DNA from: Candidatus Bathyarchaeia archaeon
GTDB lineage: Archaea > Thermoproteota > Bathyarchaeia > Bathyarchaeales > Bathycorpusculaceae
Assembly (NCBI GenBank): GCA_038883655.1
Contig: JAVZLQ010000003.1
Location: 227,735-291,734 of the forward strand
Direction of reading: 5' to 3'
DNA length: 64,000 bases
Shown: positions 1 through 9,904 of the stretch, piece by piece
Layout of the letters: every line of letters starts with the position of its first letter
How positions within the stretch are numbered: the first letter of the stretch is position 1
The notes under the pieces: generated by a model
Seen by the model: the letters and a program-made list of their open reading frames with translations, nothing else
Databases searched by the model: none
Told to the model about the DNA's origin: nothing
Position numbers and translations under genes: made by a program

Positions 1-294
1 AGGTTCAATTTTGACTGGTGCTGGTTTTTCTCCGAGAAAGCGCGTCAATTCCTCGTATACAACTTTTATGATGTGCTCGCGTCTGGAAATGCCTGGGGGC
101 AACTTTTCCTTCAATGCCCTTTCTTCTATTCGCCTTGAAATTTCTAGGACAAGCTTAACGTTTACATCCGCTTGGAGAAGAGCTCTCTGCACGTCGCGGA
201 CAAGCTCTTTAACAGTAGCCTCGTCGACAACGGATGCTCTGAAAACCTTTCTTAACGCATCGTAAAGAGATGAACCCAAACGTTCTAGGGCCAT
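1..294 (-). CDS. ffh: Signal recognition particle protein SRP54, N-terminal part (runs off window edge)
   Basis: Manual translation MALERLGSSLYDALRKVFRASVVDEATVKELVRDVQRALLQADVNVKLV, the SRP54 N-domain; not in ORF track. Confidence 0.93.
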   Translation of the reverse strand, partial: MALERLGSSLYDALRKVFRASVVDEATVKELVRDVQRALLQADVNVKLVLEISRRIEERALKEKLPPGISRREHIIKVVYEELTRFLGEKPAPVKIEP

Positions 295-387
295 TGTTTT
301 CTCCAGATTAAAAGTGTTTACGTCCTTAAATATGTATTCCATAAACTTTTTACATACGTCATCCAAAAAAGACTTGGAGGAAAATGC

Positions 388-1134
388 TTGGAAGATGTAA
401 AAATTGTTGAGAAGAAGGAAATTCCGTTTGGTTGCACCATGCTTTTTGGTTTTCCAGACGTTGGGCTCGTAGGCGTCATAGCAGCCTCGCACTTAATTTC
501 TGAGCTTAACAACCTTAAAGAAATAGCGTACGTCGATTCAAAGCTTTTACCGCCACTTATAGTTTTGCATGAGGGCTTGCCACATTCGCCCATAAGAATT
601 TTTGGAAACCACAATATCCTTTTGGCTGTTTCGGAGACAGCCATACCAGCGGACACTATTTACCCAATAATGTACGCCTTAATAGATTGGGGTAAAAGCA
701 AAAATGTTAAAATGATGATTTCGCTCAGTGGCATACCCGTCCAAGAAAGACAAGACGTTGAGGAACTGAAAGTTTTTGCCGCTGCATCAAACGCTGAAGT
801 GCTAAAGATGGTTCAAGAGCAAGGCATAGAAATATTGAAAGAAGGCTATATGGTTGGTCCACAAGCAATTATGCTGCAGCGTTGCGCGAGCATAGGGGTA
901 CCAGCCATAACGCTGCTTGCCCAATGCTTCTTTAACTACCCAGACCCAGAGGCGGCTGCAGAAGTATTAAAAGGATTAACGAAGATTATCGGGTTGAAGG
1001 TGGATGTTTCAAAGCTTCTGGAGAAAGGCGAAGAAATTCGTTTGAAAGCAAGAGATGTTATGCGGCGAACTCAACAAGAACTTTCAAAAATGAAGAAGAC
1101 GCAAGAGTACGACATGCCACTATACATAACCTAG
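388..1134 (+). CDS. PAC2-family proteasome assembly chaperone
   Basis: GFPDVGLVG motif and YPDPEAAA motif. Confidence 0.9.
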   Translation: MEDVKIVEKKEIPFGCTMLFGFPDVGLVGVIAASHLISELNNLKEIAYVDSKLLPPLIVLHEGLPHSPIRIFGNHNILLAVSETAIPADTIYPIMYALIDWGKSKNVKMMISLSGIPVQERQDVEELKVFAAASNAEVLKMVQEQGIEILKEGYMVGPQAIMLQRCASIGVPAITLLAQCFFNYPDPEAAAEVLKGLTKIIGLKVDVSKLLEKGEEIRLKARDVMRRTQQELSKMKKTQEYDMPLYIT

Positions 1135-1144
1135 GGTGGGCAGG

Positions 1145-1588
1145 ATGGCTGAAAGGAGAAGACGTTCAATCTTTGATTTGATTGACGAATACTTTGAGAA
1201 CTTAGAAGAATCCGTTAGACGTTTAAGAGAAGCCCTAATGGAAAAGCCAAGCTGGGACAGAAAAGCCTGCACAATAGAGCCGCTCCGCGACATTTCCGTG
1301 ACGCCAACAGATGTCATCGTAACTGTTGATTTGCCATATACGGAAGAGAATACCATTCGCGTTAAACCATTAGGTAAGAACGCTATTGAAATATCGGCAA
1401 AAATGCGGCGGAAAGTAAGTTTTGACGATTTCGGCATAACCCATTATAAAGGTGAGTTTCAAACATTCCATTGTCAAACACGAATTCCAGTACCAGTTTA
1501 CATGGATAAAATGGAAATACGTTTTAAGAAGGGCATACTTGAAATACGCTTGCCGCGTAAACATGAATACGAAATTCCAATAGAATAA
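1145..1588 (+). CDS. Small heat shock protein (Hsp20/alpha-crystallin)
   Basis: EPLRDI..VTVDLP and FKKGILEIRLPR motifs. Confidence 0.9.
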   Translation: MAERRRRSIFDLIDEYFENLEESVRRLREALMEKPSWDRKACTIEPLRDISVTPTDVIVTVDLPYTEENTIRVKPLGKNAIEISAKMRRKVSFDDFGITHYKGEFQTFHCQTRIPVPVYMDKMEIRFKKGILEIRLPRKHEYEIPIE

Positions 1589-1598
1589 ACCAGTAACA

Positions 1599-1653
1599 AG
1601 CCTCAGGAGCTCATTTCGTCACAAATCAGACGGCTCTTCTCGCATCATCGGCT
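1599..1653 (-). ncRNA. Box C/D guide sRNA
   Basis: Minus strand AGCCGAUGA-UGCGAGAAGAGCCGU-CUGA-UUU-GUGACGA-AAUGAGCUC-CUGA-GGCU gives C, D', C' and D boxes with a terminal AGCC/GGCU stem; TATA-like TTATTTTA about 25 nt upstream. Confidence 0.88.
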
Positions 1654-1746
1654 CCAAAAGAAGCTTACGTAAACCTCTAAAATAAGCTTAATGGAAAGTT
1701 TTAACAATAAAAACAAACAAATCTAAAAGGGCAAAGAGGAAAAACT

Positions 1747-1947
1747 TTGACAACAGAGAAGGCCATTCACTTTTCGATGTTCCTCCTGTTACTTGTTGGT
1801 TTGTGTGGAATTAGCGCATGGGCAAGCCACACATACCTAAGCAACAACTTGATATTGGAGGTCGCGGGCATCGCATTAAGTTGGGGGATAATCCTCCTAA
1901 TCCTATATTTGGGCTTCAAAAAGCTTGATTGGAGCTGGTGGAGCTAG
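1747..1947 (+). CDS. Small two-TM membrane protein, unknown function
   Basis: Two hydrophobic stretches; GAGGA upstream. Confidence 0.65.
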   Translation: MTTEKAIHFSMFLLLLVGLCGISAWASHTYLSNNLILEVAGIALSWGIILLILYLGFKKLDWSWWS

Positions 1948-1966
1948 AACTAAGCGTCACCCCACG

Positions 1967-2359
1967 CTACTTTGTTCTTACAATTTTAATTTTGCCAAGT
2001 ATCCGCCAAAATTCCACTTCAACACCGGGAGCGATTTTCGCTTTCAAATCCTCCTCTTCGGGGTAGGGCGCATCTAAATACTCGTAAGTTTCTAAATCCA
2101 TAATTTGGACACTTGAAGGTGTAACAGCAAAAACTTGTCCGCTTCTTTTTTCGATTATTGGCACCTCAGCGTTTGCGTCAACTGGTTTAACCACACTTCT
2201 TTTGACGCCGTCAAAAATTCCAACAGCAACTATTCGCGCCTTAGCTGATCCATGTTTTCCAGGCTTTGATTTTGTTATGTCTACTATGCGGCAGGGCTCA
2301 CCGTCAACTATTAGGTATCCACCAACTCTAAGGCTTCCAACATCAACAGGTTTACTCAT
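1967..2359 (-). CDS. eif5a: Translation factor aIF-5A
   Basis: Hypusine motif SKPGKHGSAK; start moved to MSKPVD. Confidence 0.97.
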   Translation of the reverse strand: MSKPVDVGSLRVGGYLIVDGEPCRIVDITKSKPGKHGSAKARIVAVGIFDGVKRSVVKPVDANAEVPIIEKRSGQVFAVTPSSVQIMDLETYEYLDAPYPEEEDLKAKIAPGVEVEFWRILGKIKIVRTK

Positions 2360-2456
2360 TCGCTCACCAACACTGCTTTTATCTTCCATCTACAGCATTT
2401 TAAACAACATCCATATATAGATTAAGGTGCCGCTTAATAATAAAAGGTGAACCTAT

Positions 2457-3293
2457 TTGCTGAAAAGCGTAGGATTAGTAGCTAGATTCGACAAGAAAAG
2501 AGCCTTAAGGCTTGCAGAAGACTTAGCTGAATATCTTGCAAAAAGGGATGTAGAGGTGCAAGTGGAAGACAGCCTCGCGGAGAAAGTTAGCATTAAAGGA
2601 AAGACGGTACCTCTAGAAGGAATGAAGGCTGACCTCATAGTTACAATAGGCGGAGACGGAACAATTCTAAGAACGTGTGTCGCAATTCCAAAGCCAGAAC
2701 CACCTATACTAGCGATAAACATGGGCGTGAGAGGTTTCCTAACAGAAGTTGAACCAAAACAAGCATTTAACGCCATAGACAAATGCCTAAAAGGAGAATT
2801 TACAATTGAAAAATGCATGAAGTTGTCGATAACCGCAAATGGCGAAAAATTTCCAGAAGCACTAAACGAGGTTCTGGTATCAGCAGATGAACCAGCAAAA
2901 CTTCTCTACGCAGAAATTCTCAAAGACGAAAAACCAGTGCTCAACATCCAAGCCGACGGCGTAATGATCGCAACACAAACTGGTTCCACGGGATATTCTC
3001 TATCCGCTGGGGGGCCCGTTTTAGATCCAGATTTGGATGCTTTTGTTTTAACGCCGGTTTGTCCTTTAAGCATATTTCACCCGATTGTTTTCCCTGCTAA
3101 CTCAAGCCTTACGGTTAATGTTGTTAGACCCAAAAAGACGCTTGTCGTTGTGGATGGACATTATCGTAGAACGTTAAGTGGTGGAGTTATAAGCATAAGG
3201 GTAACGCGTTCCAGTAATGAGACCCGTTTTGTGAGATTTAGGGAAGACTTTTACCACCGCCTAAAAAGCAGGTTGCTTTTCAAGGGAAGCTAA
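2457..3293 (+). CDS. nadK: NAD kinase
   Basis: GGDGT, LNE and TGSTGYSLSAGGP motifs. Confidence 0.96.
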   Translation: MLKSVGLVARFDKKRALRLAEDLAEYLAKRDVEVQVEDSLAEKVSIKGKTVPLEGMKADLIVTIGGDGTILRTCVAIPKPEPPILAINMGVRGFLTEVEPKQAFNAIDKCLKGEFTIEKCMKLSITANGEKFPEALNEVLVSADEPAKLLYAEILKDEKPVLNIQADGVMIATQTGSTGYSLSAGGPVLDPDLDAFVLTPVCPLSIFHPIVFPANSSLTVNVVRPKKTLVVVDGHYRRTLSGGVISIRVTRSSNETRFVRFREDFYHRLKSRLLFKGS

Positions 3294-3835
3294 TGAAAAG
3301 CCAAGTTGAAGCTAAACGCGTCATAGTTTTGGACACATCTGCTTTCGCGGTTGGTTTTGACCCTTTTTCAGTGAACGAAATGCAGTACACTGTACCATTA
3401 GTGAGAGAAGAGGTGAAAGGGAACGCGTTTGCGAAGGTTAGGTTGAAAACAGCAATAGAACAAGGAAAGGTTGTAGTGAAGAAACCTGAAAAACCATTTT
3501 TGGATGCGGTGAGTGCTTCCGCCACCGCCATTGGCGATAAGGTTTTACTTTCAGAAACGGACTTGCAAGTTTTGGCTTTAGCCCTTCAACTAAAAAGCGA
3601 AGGCTATAATCCGGTAATCGCCTCAGACGATTATTCCATACAGAATGTGGCAAATCGCATGGAAATAGCGTTCACTTCATTAGCAACTTTTGGCATACGC
3701 TTTCAACTGGAGTGGGTAAGATATTGCCCAGCATGTTACAGAAAATACCAAGCAGATTATAAACTCAAAAGATGCGCAGTGTGCGGAACAGAATTGAAAA
3801 GAAAGCCTTTAAGGAAGAGGTATCTTAAACCATAA
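3293..3835 (+). CDS. nob1: Nob1-like rRNA maturation endonuclease (PIN + Zn ribbon)
   Basis: VLDTSA, LSETD, SDDYSIQN and C-terminal CPAC/CAVC. Confidence 0.92.
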   Translation: MKSQVEAKRVIVLDTSAFAVGFDPFSVNEMQYTVPLVREEVKGNAFAKVRLKTAIEQGKVVVKKPEKPFLDAVSASATAIGDKVLLSETDLQVLALALQLKSEGYNPVIASDDYSIQNVANRMEIAFTSLATFGIRFQLEWVRYCPACYRKYQADYKLKRCAVCGTELKRKPLRKRYLKP

Positions 3836-3863
3836 AAGTTAACGATTTGCTGTGGAATTAAAA

Positions 3864-4439
3864 ATGGCCTATGTTGAAAAGAAAACACTTTACTTCAAAG
3901 AGGCAGGGGCAAAAAACACAGATGCTTTGCTGGAATTTGTTAAAGCGTATGTGAAGCGGGAAGACATAAAGGACATAGTTGTAGCCTCAACAACAGGTGA
4001 AACTGGAGCGAGAGCAGCCAAAATCTTCAAGGGATACAATCTAGTTGTGGTTACGCATCATTTTGGTTTCCGAGAACCAGGAAAAACAGAACTACAAGAG
4101 GAATTCGAAAGGGAAATAACAGCTAACGGTGCAAAGATTTTCACAGGCATTCATGCGCTAAGCGGTGTGGAACGCGCAATACGTAGGGATTTTGGAACAC
4201 TTGCACCCTTAGAGCTCATCGCCAACGTGCTTAGGCTAATGGGGGAGGGAACGAAAGTTTGTGTGGAAATAACATTAATGGCAGCAGATGCTGGCTTAAT
4301 ACCCGTTGACAGAGACATCGTTGCAATCGCTGGAACTGGCAAAGGCGTAGACACCGCATTACGCATAAAACCAGCTAATACGGCAAGGTTCTTTGATTTA
4401 AAAATTAGGGAGGTAATAGCAAAACCACAAAATTTTTGA
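3864..4439 (+). CDS. Pyruvate-kinase C-terminal-like (MTH1675-type) protein
   Basis: VVASTTGETG and GTKVCVEITLMAADAG motifs. Confidence 0.85.
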   Translation: MAYVEKKTLYFKEAGAKNTDALLEFVKAYVKREDIKDIVVASTTGETGARAAKIFKGYNLVVVTHHFGFREPGKTELQEEFEREITANGAKIFTGIHALSGVERAIRRDFGTLAPLELIANVLRLMGEGTKVCVEITLMAADAGLIPVDRDIVAIAGTGKGVDTALRIKPANTARFFDLKIREVIAKPQNF

Positions 4440-4525
4440 ATTCATATATGAAAAACGCATTTGCTCATAATTTTTGTTTATTAGCAACACAATAATAAAA
4501 GTCGGAAATACATTGAGAGGACAAC

Positions 4526-5830
4526 GTGCCAATGAATCTTGGAGAGAGAATTAAGGAAGAGTTTTCCTTTGTTAAGGGAAACTATCTAATATTAATAATA
4601 AGTTGGATTTTGATGGATTTTGCTTCAGAGCTGCCTGGCACGTATTACTCGGACTACGTAATTCAGCTTGGAGGAAGCCCAACGGTTCTAGGTTTAATAA
4701 CGTTCGCTTCCTTTCTAACATTAGCAGTCGTCCAGTTTCCGGGCGGATATTTCGCAGATAAGTATGGAAGACGCAAGCTGATATCGACCTTAACCTTTGG
4801 AGTTGCACTTTCCTTTGTCTTTTACGCCGTTGCACCTAGTTGGCATTTTATTTTAGTTGGGGCGGTTATAGCGAACCTATGCCTACTCTATCAGCCCGCT
4901 TTAAACGCAATGATGGCTGATTCCGTCCCAAGAGAAAAGCGAGGAATAGGATTCGCCATTCTAAATTTGATAATGAGCGTTTCAACTACTCCTGCTCCAG
5001 CAGTGGCTTTAGCCCTGGTGGCTAATTTTGGTTCGATTATGGGGATGCGCGTAGCTTACACCACAGTTACTGTTTTTTATTTGGCAGCTGCAATTGTGCG
5101 TTTAAAGTTAAGGGAAAGTTTAGCAGACGCTGAAAAAATGGATGTAAAAGAAGCTTTACGTTCTTACCCAACGGCATTAAGAGAAGGAATAAAAGTCTGG
5201 CAAAAAGTGCCAAAATCAATGTTGTTTTTATTTTTATCCGAATTGATTATACGGTTATCTTCTGCAATGACCCAGACGCTATTTCTGGTTTACACTTTTA
5301 ACGTTCTCCAAATAGGAGGAACACCACACCCAGAATTGTATCCTCCAGCTTCAGACCCGGCACTTCAACTGGCACGCATAAGATGGGGTTATGTAATGAT
5401 AACCTTGTTCATTTGCATGATCATTCTTGCCTTTCCCTCCGGAAAACTTCTCGACAAAGTTGGACGCAAAAAACCATTGATTCTATCACATGTTCTAAGC
5501 ATTCCAGCAATTCTACTCTTTATCTTTGGAAACTATTACACTATTTTCATTGCCATGCCACTCGTTGGATTTAGCATGCTTCTCGGCTTTTCATCTTACC
5601 AAAGTCTCTTCGCCGATCTCGTACCTCAGGCACAGCGTGGAAAGATAACTGGTTCTATGAATTTTTTCTCTTATATATGTATGGCATTAGGCGGAGCAAT
5701 AGGCGGACTACTGTATGACTCCATCTCTCCAATGCTTCCATTTATATTGATGGCAATTCTTGCTATTCCATCCACAGCCTTAATTATATTTCGTGTACGC
5801 GAACCTAAACCGGAGGAAAGAGAAGTTTAA
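4526..5830 (+). CDS. MFS transporter
   Basis: About 12 TM segments; GYFADKYGRR and GKLLDKVGRK motif A copies. Confidence 0.92.
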   Translation: MPMNLGERIKEEFSFVKGNYLILIISWILMDFASELPGTYYSDYVIQLGGSPTVLGLITFASFLTLAVVQFPGGYFADKYGRRKLISTLTFGVALSFVFYAVAPSWHFILVGAVIANLCLLYQPALNAMMADSVPREKRGIGFAILNLIMSVSTTPAPAVALALVANFGSIMGMRVAYTTVTVFYLAAAIVRLKLRESLADAEKMDVKEALRSYPTALREGIKVWQKVPKSMLFLFLSELIIRLSSAMTQTLFLVYTFNVLQIGGTPHPELYPPASDPALQLARIRWGYVMITLFICMIILAFPSGKLLDKVGRKKPLILSHVLSIPAILLFIFGNYYTIFIAMPLVGFSMLLGFSSYQSLFADLVPQAQRGKITGSMNFFSYICMALGGAIGGLLYDSISPMLPFILMAILAIPSTALIIFRVREPKPEEREV

Positions 5831-5865
5831 TTTTATTCTTGTATAAATCAGTGAACGTGAGAAAA

Positions 5866-6634
5866 ATGAAGGTTGATGAGAAACAAATTCAAAATATGGT
5901 AAAGGAATGGTTTGCAAGGATGGCGCGCCAAGAGTGGCGCCGTTTACAGGGATCCATATCATCAAATAGAGTTTAATGTTACCATGCATCTCCTTAAGAA
6001 ATATCTGCCCAAAGAAGGTTTAGTGTTAGATGCTGGCGGAGGCCCCGGCAGATACACAATCGAACTAGCAAAACAAGGATAATAGTGTATTTTTATTAGA
6101 TATTGTTCTAGAGATGCTTAAACTCGCTAAAGGACATGTGAAAAGGACAGGAGTGCAGGATAGGGTTAAAACAGTTCGTTGATGGTTCTGTTGATGACTT
6201 ATCCATGTTTGATGATGAAACTTTTGATGCTGTTCTTTGTTTGGGAGCTTTGGGGCATATACTAACGCAAAGAGAAGGGAAAAGGCATCCATGGAACTTA
6301 TCGTGTTGCAAAAAGTGGCGCACCAATCTTTGTTTCCGTCATTAGCCGCATCGGATTACTCAAATCTATACTCATAAAATTTCCACATGAAATGCAATGT
6401 GCAGAACATCACTGGGAAGTCGGCGACTACGTTCCTGGATGCAAGAAAAGGCTTTACCGTCGCGCACTGACTTTTACAGAGGAGTTATGTGATCTCCATA
6501 TCATGAAAAAGAAACTAATAGGCTTTTTAAGGATCAAGAAAATGGAAAATTGGATGGACATTTTGCTTAAACTTGTACTCATCCATCAGTTGTTGGAAGC
6601 TCCGAACATTTTCTATTAGTGTGCAGAAAAAGTC
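5866..6634 (+). pseudogene. Degraded class I SAM-dependent methyltransferase
   Basis: Pieces MKVDEKQ..EWRRL / DPYHQIEF..VLDAGGGPGRYTIELAKQG* / DLSMFDDETFDAVLCLG / HFLLVCRK lie in different frames, with a stop. Confidence 0.85.
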
Positions 6635-7063
6635 TTAAACTTCTTCGCTTTCTCTTTTGCTAAAATATATTATGTCACGATGCTCCACATAGCCAAGTTT
6701 CTTGAAAAGCCTTTTCGACGCAATATTGTAATCTTCAATCAAAGCGCAGATAATTTTGATTCCACGTTTCCGAAGCACCTTCTCAGATTCAACAATTAAA
6801 ACCTGCGCAATACCACGAAATCTATACTCTGGGTCGACGGCTAAACGATTTATCCAACCCTTCCTTAAATCACAGCTTATTATGACTACGCCAACCAGTT
6901 TGTCACCTTCATAGGCCCCTAAGAAAAAATTAGGGTTAGCTTTCATCTGTGCGGCAATCGCTTCCTTGCTGTCTCTTCCTTTTGGCTTGTATGGTAGTTT
7001 TGCCCTTGACCAGAGTTTTACTATTTCCTCATAATCCTTTATTGTAAGCCTTCGGATTTCCAT
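6635..7063 (-). CDS. GNAT acetyltransferase
   Basis: RLAVDPEYRFRGIA acetyl-CoA motif; N..SKRLFKKLGY. Confidence 0.93.
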   Translation of the reverse strand: MEIRRLTIKDYEEIVKLWSRAKLPYKPKGRDSKEAIAAQMKANPNFFLGAYEGDKLVGVVIISCDLRKGWINRLAVDPEYRFRGIAQVLIVESEKVLRKRGIKIICALIEDYNIASKRLFKKLGYVEHRDIIYFSKRESEEV

Positions 7064-7075
7064 GTACGCACAACT

Positions 7076-8413
7076 TTACCCTTCTTTCTCTACCTCTTTG
7101 ACATTGTCTTCTATTATGTCCATTGCCGCGTCAACAAGTTCCCTTGTAATGTTTAGTGGAGGAGCCACCCTAATCGTAGAAACTCCGCATGTGATTACTG
7201 CAACTCCGCGTTTCCATGAACGCATCATAATTTCAGAGGCTTTCTTTGAAGATGGCTTTTTGTTCTCCTTGCTTTCCACAATTTCCATGCCTATCATTAA
7301 GCCCTTCCCTCTAACATCGCCAACAATCTCGCTTCTTTCTTTGAGCTCCTCAAGCCTCTTCGTTATATATGCGCCTTGTTTTGTTGCATTTTCCAAAAGT
7401 TTCTCTTCCTTAATCACGTCGATAACGGCGCTAGCTGCAACACACGATAACGGATTGCCGCCGAAAGTACTTGCATGGGAACCACCAACCCAATCCATTA
7501 TTTTTTCCTTTGCAATTGTCGCACCCAAAGGCAGTCCGGAAGCCAATGCCTTCGCGCTGCACAAAATGTCAGGTTCGACGTTCCAGTGTTCGATTGCGAA
7601 CCATTTGCCAGTTCTACCCATGCCAGATTGAACTTCATCATCAATTAGTAAAATGCCATACTTGTCCGCGAGCTTCTTTAATCGCTGGAAGTATTCTGGT
7701 GGTGGAACAACGTACCCGCCTTCACCTTGAATCGGCTCAAACATTATCGCTGCAACTTCTTCTGGCGGCACATACTTTTGTAGAACAAGTTCATCTATGA
7801 AATCCACACACCAGTAATGACATTCTGGATGCGATAACTTGAAGGGACAACGGTAACAGTATGGATAGGGTACATGAGTCACGCCCGGTACCATTGGAAA
7901 GAAATAGCGTCTCTGTGGAAGTTTGCTGGCGGTGAAGGATAAAGCGCCCATGGTGCGCCCATGAAACGCGCCAATAAAACCTATGAACAGTGGTTTGCGC
8001 GTATGCCATTTCGCAAGTTTAATAGCCGCTTCAATTGCCTCTGTTCCACTATTTCCAAAAAAGATTTTTTTGTTAAAGTTGCCAGGCGTGATGCTGGCAA
8101 GTTTTTCTGCTAGATCTACGACTTCGCTGTAATAAAAGTCTGTGTTTGAATAGTGTAAAAATCGGTCACATTGGTTTTTGATTGCTGAAATCACTTTAGG
8201 ATGATTATGTCCAACATTGAGGCAAGCAAGTCCAGAGTTGAAGTCTATGTATTCGTTTCCATCAACATCTCTTACCGTGCATCCCTTTCCAGATTCAACC
8301 ACAAGCGGGTAAAACCGCACATAAGAAGGCGAAATGAAACGCTCGTCCCTTTTCAATAGTTCTCTTGCTTTTGGTCCCGGTGGTGTAACAACAATTTTTG
8401 GATACGAGTTCAT
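7076..8413 (-). CDS. Class III PLP aminotransferase (acetylornithine/4-aminobutyrate type)
   Basis: NSGTEA, FHGRT, EPIQGEGG, DEVQSGMGRTG and AKAL motifs. Confidence 0.93.
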   Translation of the reverse strand: MNSYPKIVVTPPGPKARELLKRDERFISPSYVRFYPLVVESGKGCTVRDVDGNEYIDFNSGLACLNVGHNHPKVISAIKNQCDRFLHYSNTDFYYSEVVDLAEKLASITPGNFNKKIFFGNSGTEAIEAAIKLAKWHTRKPLFIGFIGAFHGRTMGALSFTASKLPQRRYFFPMVPGVTHVPYPYCYRCPFKLSHPECHYWCVDFIDELVLQKYVPPEEVAAIMFEPIQGEGGYVVPPPEYFQRLKKLADKYGILLIDDEVQSGMGRTGKWFAIEHWNVEPDILCSAKALASGLPLGATIAKEKIMDWVGGSHASTFGGNPLSCVAASAVIDVIKEEKLLENATKQGAYITKRLEELKERSEIVGDVRGKGLMIGMEIVESKENKKPSSKKASEIMMRSWKRGVAVITCGVSTIRVAPPLNITRELVDAAMDIIEDNVKEVEKEG

Positions 8414-8565
8414 CTCAATTCCTCGCGGGATTCACTACTAGAAAATTAGCTTTTATATATAATTACCTATAAAGTTTCAGCAAAAGGCATAATGAAATTT
8501 AAAGAAATGGATTATACACTAACCAATGTTTGCTAGTAATTGCTAAAGTCTTTATCGTTACACTT

Positions 8566-8901
8566 TTATGGTCTGGCTACGGTAATCTCGATCGCTGATA
8601 CGTTTGCCTTTTGTCCTTCGGCTCTAGTTACTTCTTCGGTTGTTATATTAATGCCTTGAAGCTGTAAGTCTTTAACGAATGCTCTCCTCAGCAGCTCTAC
8701 AGTGTCGACAGCTCGGCTGATTGCACGTCCCCTGGCTTTGACTGTTAGTTTTTTGGCGCCAGAGTTGAAGAAAGTGAGACAGGCAACTACATAGTTCATT
8801 ATTGGTTTTTTGCCGATTAACACGACGTTTTCGTTTGTCTGTACAGCCTTTGTGTTTTTTGCTTTTTCTGTAGTTTGCTTCTTCTGTTTCTCTTCCGCCA
8901 T
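8566..8901 (-). CDS. albA: Chromatin protein Alba
   Basis: IGKKPIMNYV and KARGRAISRAVD motifs. Confidence 0.97.
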   Translation of the reverse strand: MAEEKQKKQTTEKAKNTKAVQTNENVVLIGKKPIMNYVVACLTFFNSGAKKLTVKARGRAISRAVDTVELLRRAFVKDLQLQGINITTEEVTRAEGQKANVSAIEITVARP

Positions 8902-8971
8902 TTTACATCATCCTTCCTTCTGCGTTGACGATGTTTTGCGATGGTGGATTATATCATAAACACGGAGACTC

Positions 8972-9898
8972 TTATATTTTTCCGTATGGTGTAGAATCAG
9001 ACGTACTGTTTGCCACCATTTTACGGTAGTACTCCCAGTCTTCATCAACCCACTTCTGGATTCTCTCAATATCCTCTTCCTTCAAATTGCGAAATCTGCC
9101 CTGTAAGGCAAGGTATTCTTTTACTGGTTTACGCTTAGATTTGTCAAGCAGCCTATCACTTGGAGGATTAAGTTTAAAACTTCCATACTCGATTTCAAAT
9201 AGTGCCCACATTCCCGTGAGAACGGCAAGCCTTCCCATTTCAACAGTTTTGCTTGAATCATAGCGCCAACCAGTAGGACATGGCGCAAGTATGTGAATGT
9301 ATTTTGTACCTTTAATTTCCTTTGCCTTTCTGAGCTTATTAATAAGGTCTAGCGGGTAAGAAGGACATGCCGTCGCAACATAAGGTATCCTGTGGGCAGC
9401 CATAATTAACGCCATATCCTTTTTCCGTTCCCTCTTTCCAGAAGGCGTGGTTGTTGTCCAAGCGCCATAAGGGGTTGCTCCACTACGTTGCATCCCGGTG
9501 TTACCATAGGCTTCATTATCATAGCATATGTAAATGAAGTTTGTTTCTCTTTCCGCCGCGCCAGATAACGCTTGAATTCCAATATCGACGGTCCCACCAT
9601 CTCCGGCCCAACCAACAACAGTAATGTCTTCGAGCTTTCTTTGCCGTAGAGCCGCAATTATCCCAGAGGCTGCAGCAGCCGTAGACTCGAACAGTATGTT
9701 TTGTAAAGGAACATTAATGGATGTATATGGATATGGTCCTTGAATAACTGTCGTGCAGCACGCTGGAACAACTAGGATAACTTTGTTCCCAAGCGCCTTG
9801 AAAAGTAGCCGAAGCGAAATTGACGGGCCACATCCTGCACAAGCTGCATGCCCCTTAAGCAAGTATTCTTCTTTTGAGAGCTCTTTTATTGTGACCAC
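8972..9898 (-). CDS. porB: Pyruvate/2-ketoisovalerate:ferredoxin oxidoreductase beta subunit
   Basis: ACAGC, GDGG..DIG and DNEAYGNTG TPP motifs. Confidence 0.92.
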   Translation of the reverse strand: MVTIKELSKEEYLLKGHAACAGCGPSISLRLLFKALGNKVILVVPACCTTVIQGPYPYTSINVPLQNILFESTAAAASGIIAALRQRKLEDITVVGWAGDGGTVDIGIQALSGAAERETNFIYICYDNEAYGNTGMQRSGATPYGAWTTTTPSGKRERKKDMALIMAAHRIPYVATACPSYPLDLINKLRKAKEIKGTKYIHILAPCPTGWRYDSSKTVEMGRLAVLTGMWALFEIEYGSFKLNPPSDRLLDKSKRKPVKEYLALQGRFRNLKEEDIERIQKWVDEDWEYYRKMVANSTSDSTPYGKI

Positions 9899-9904
9899 CG
9901 TTTT

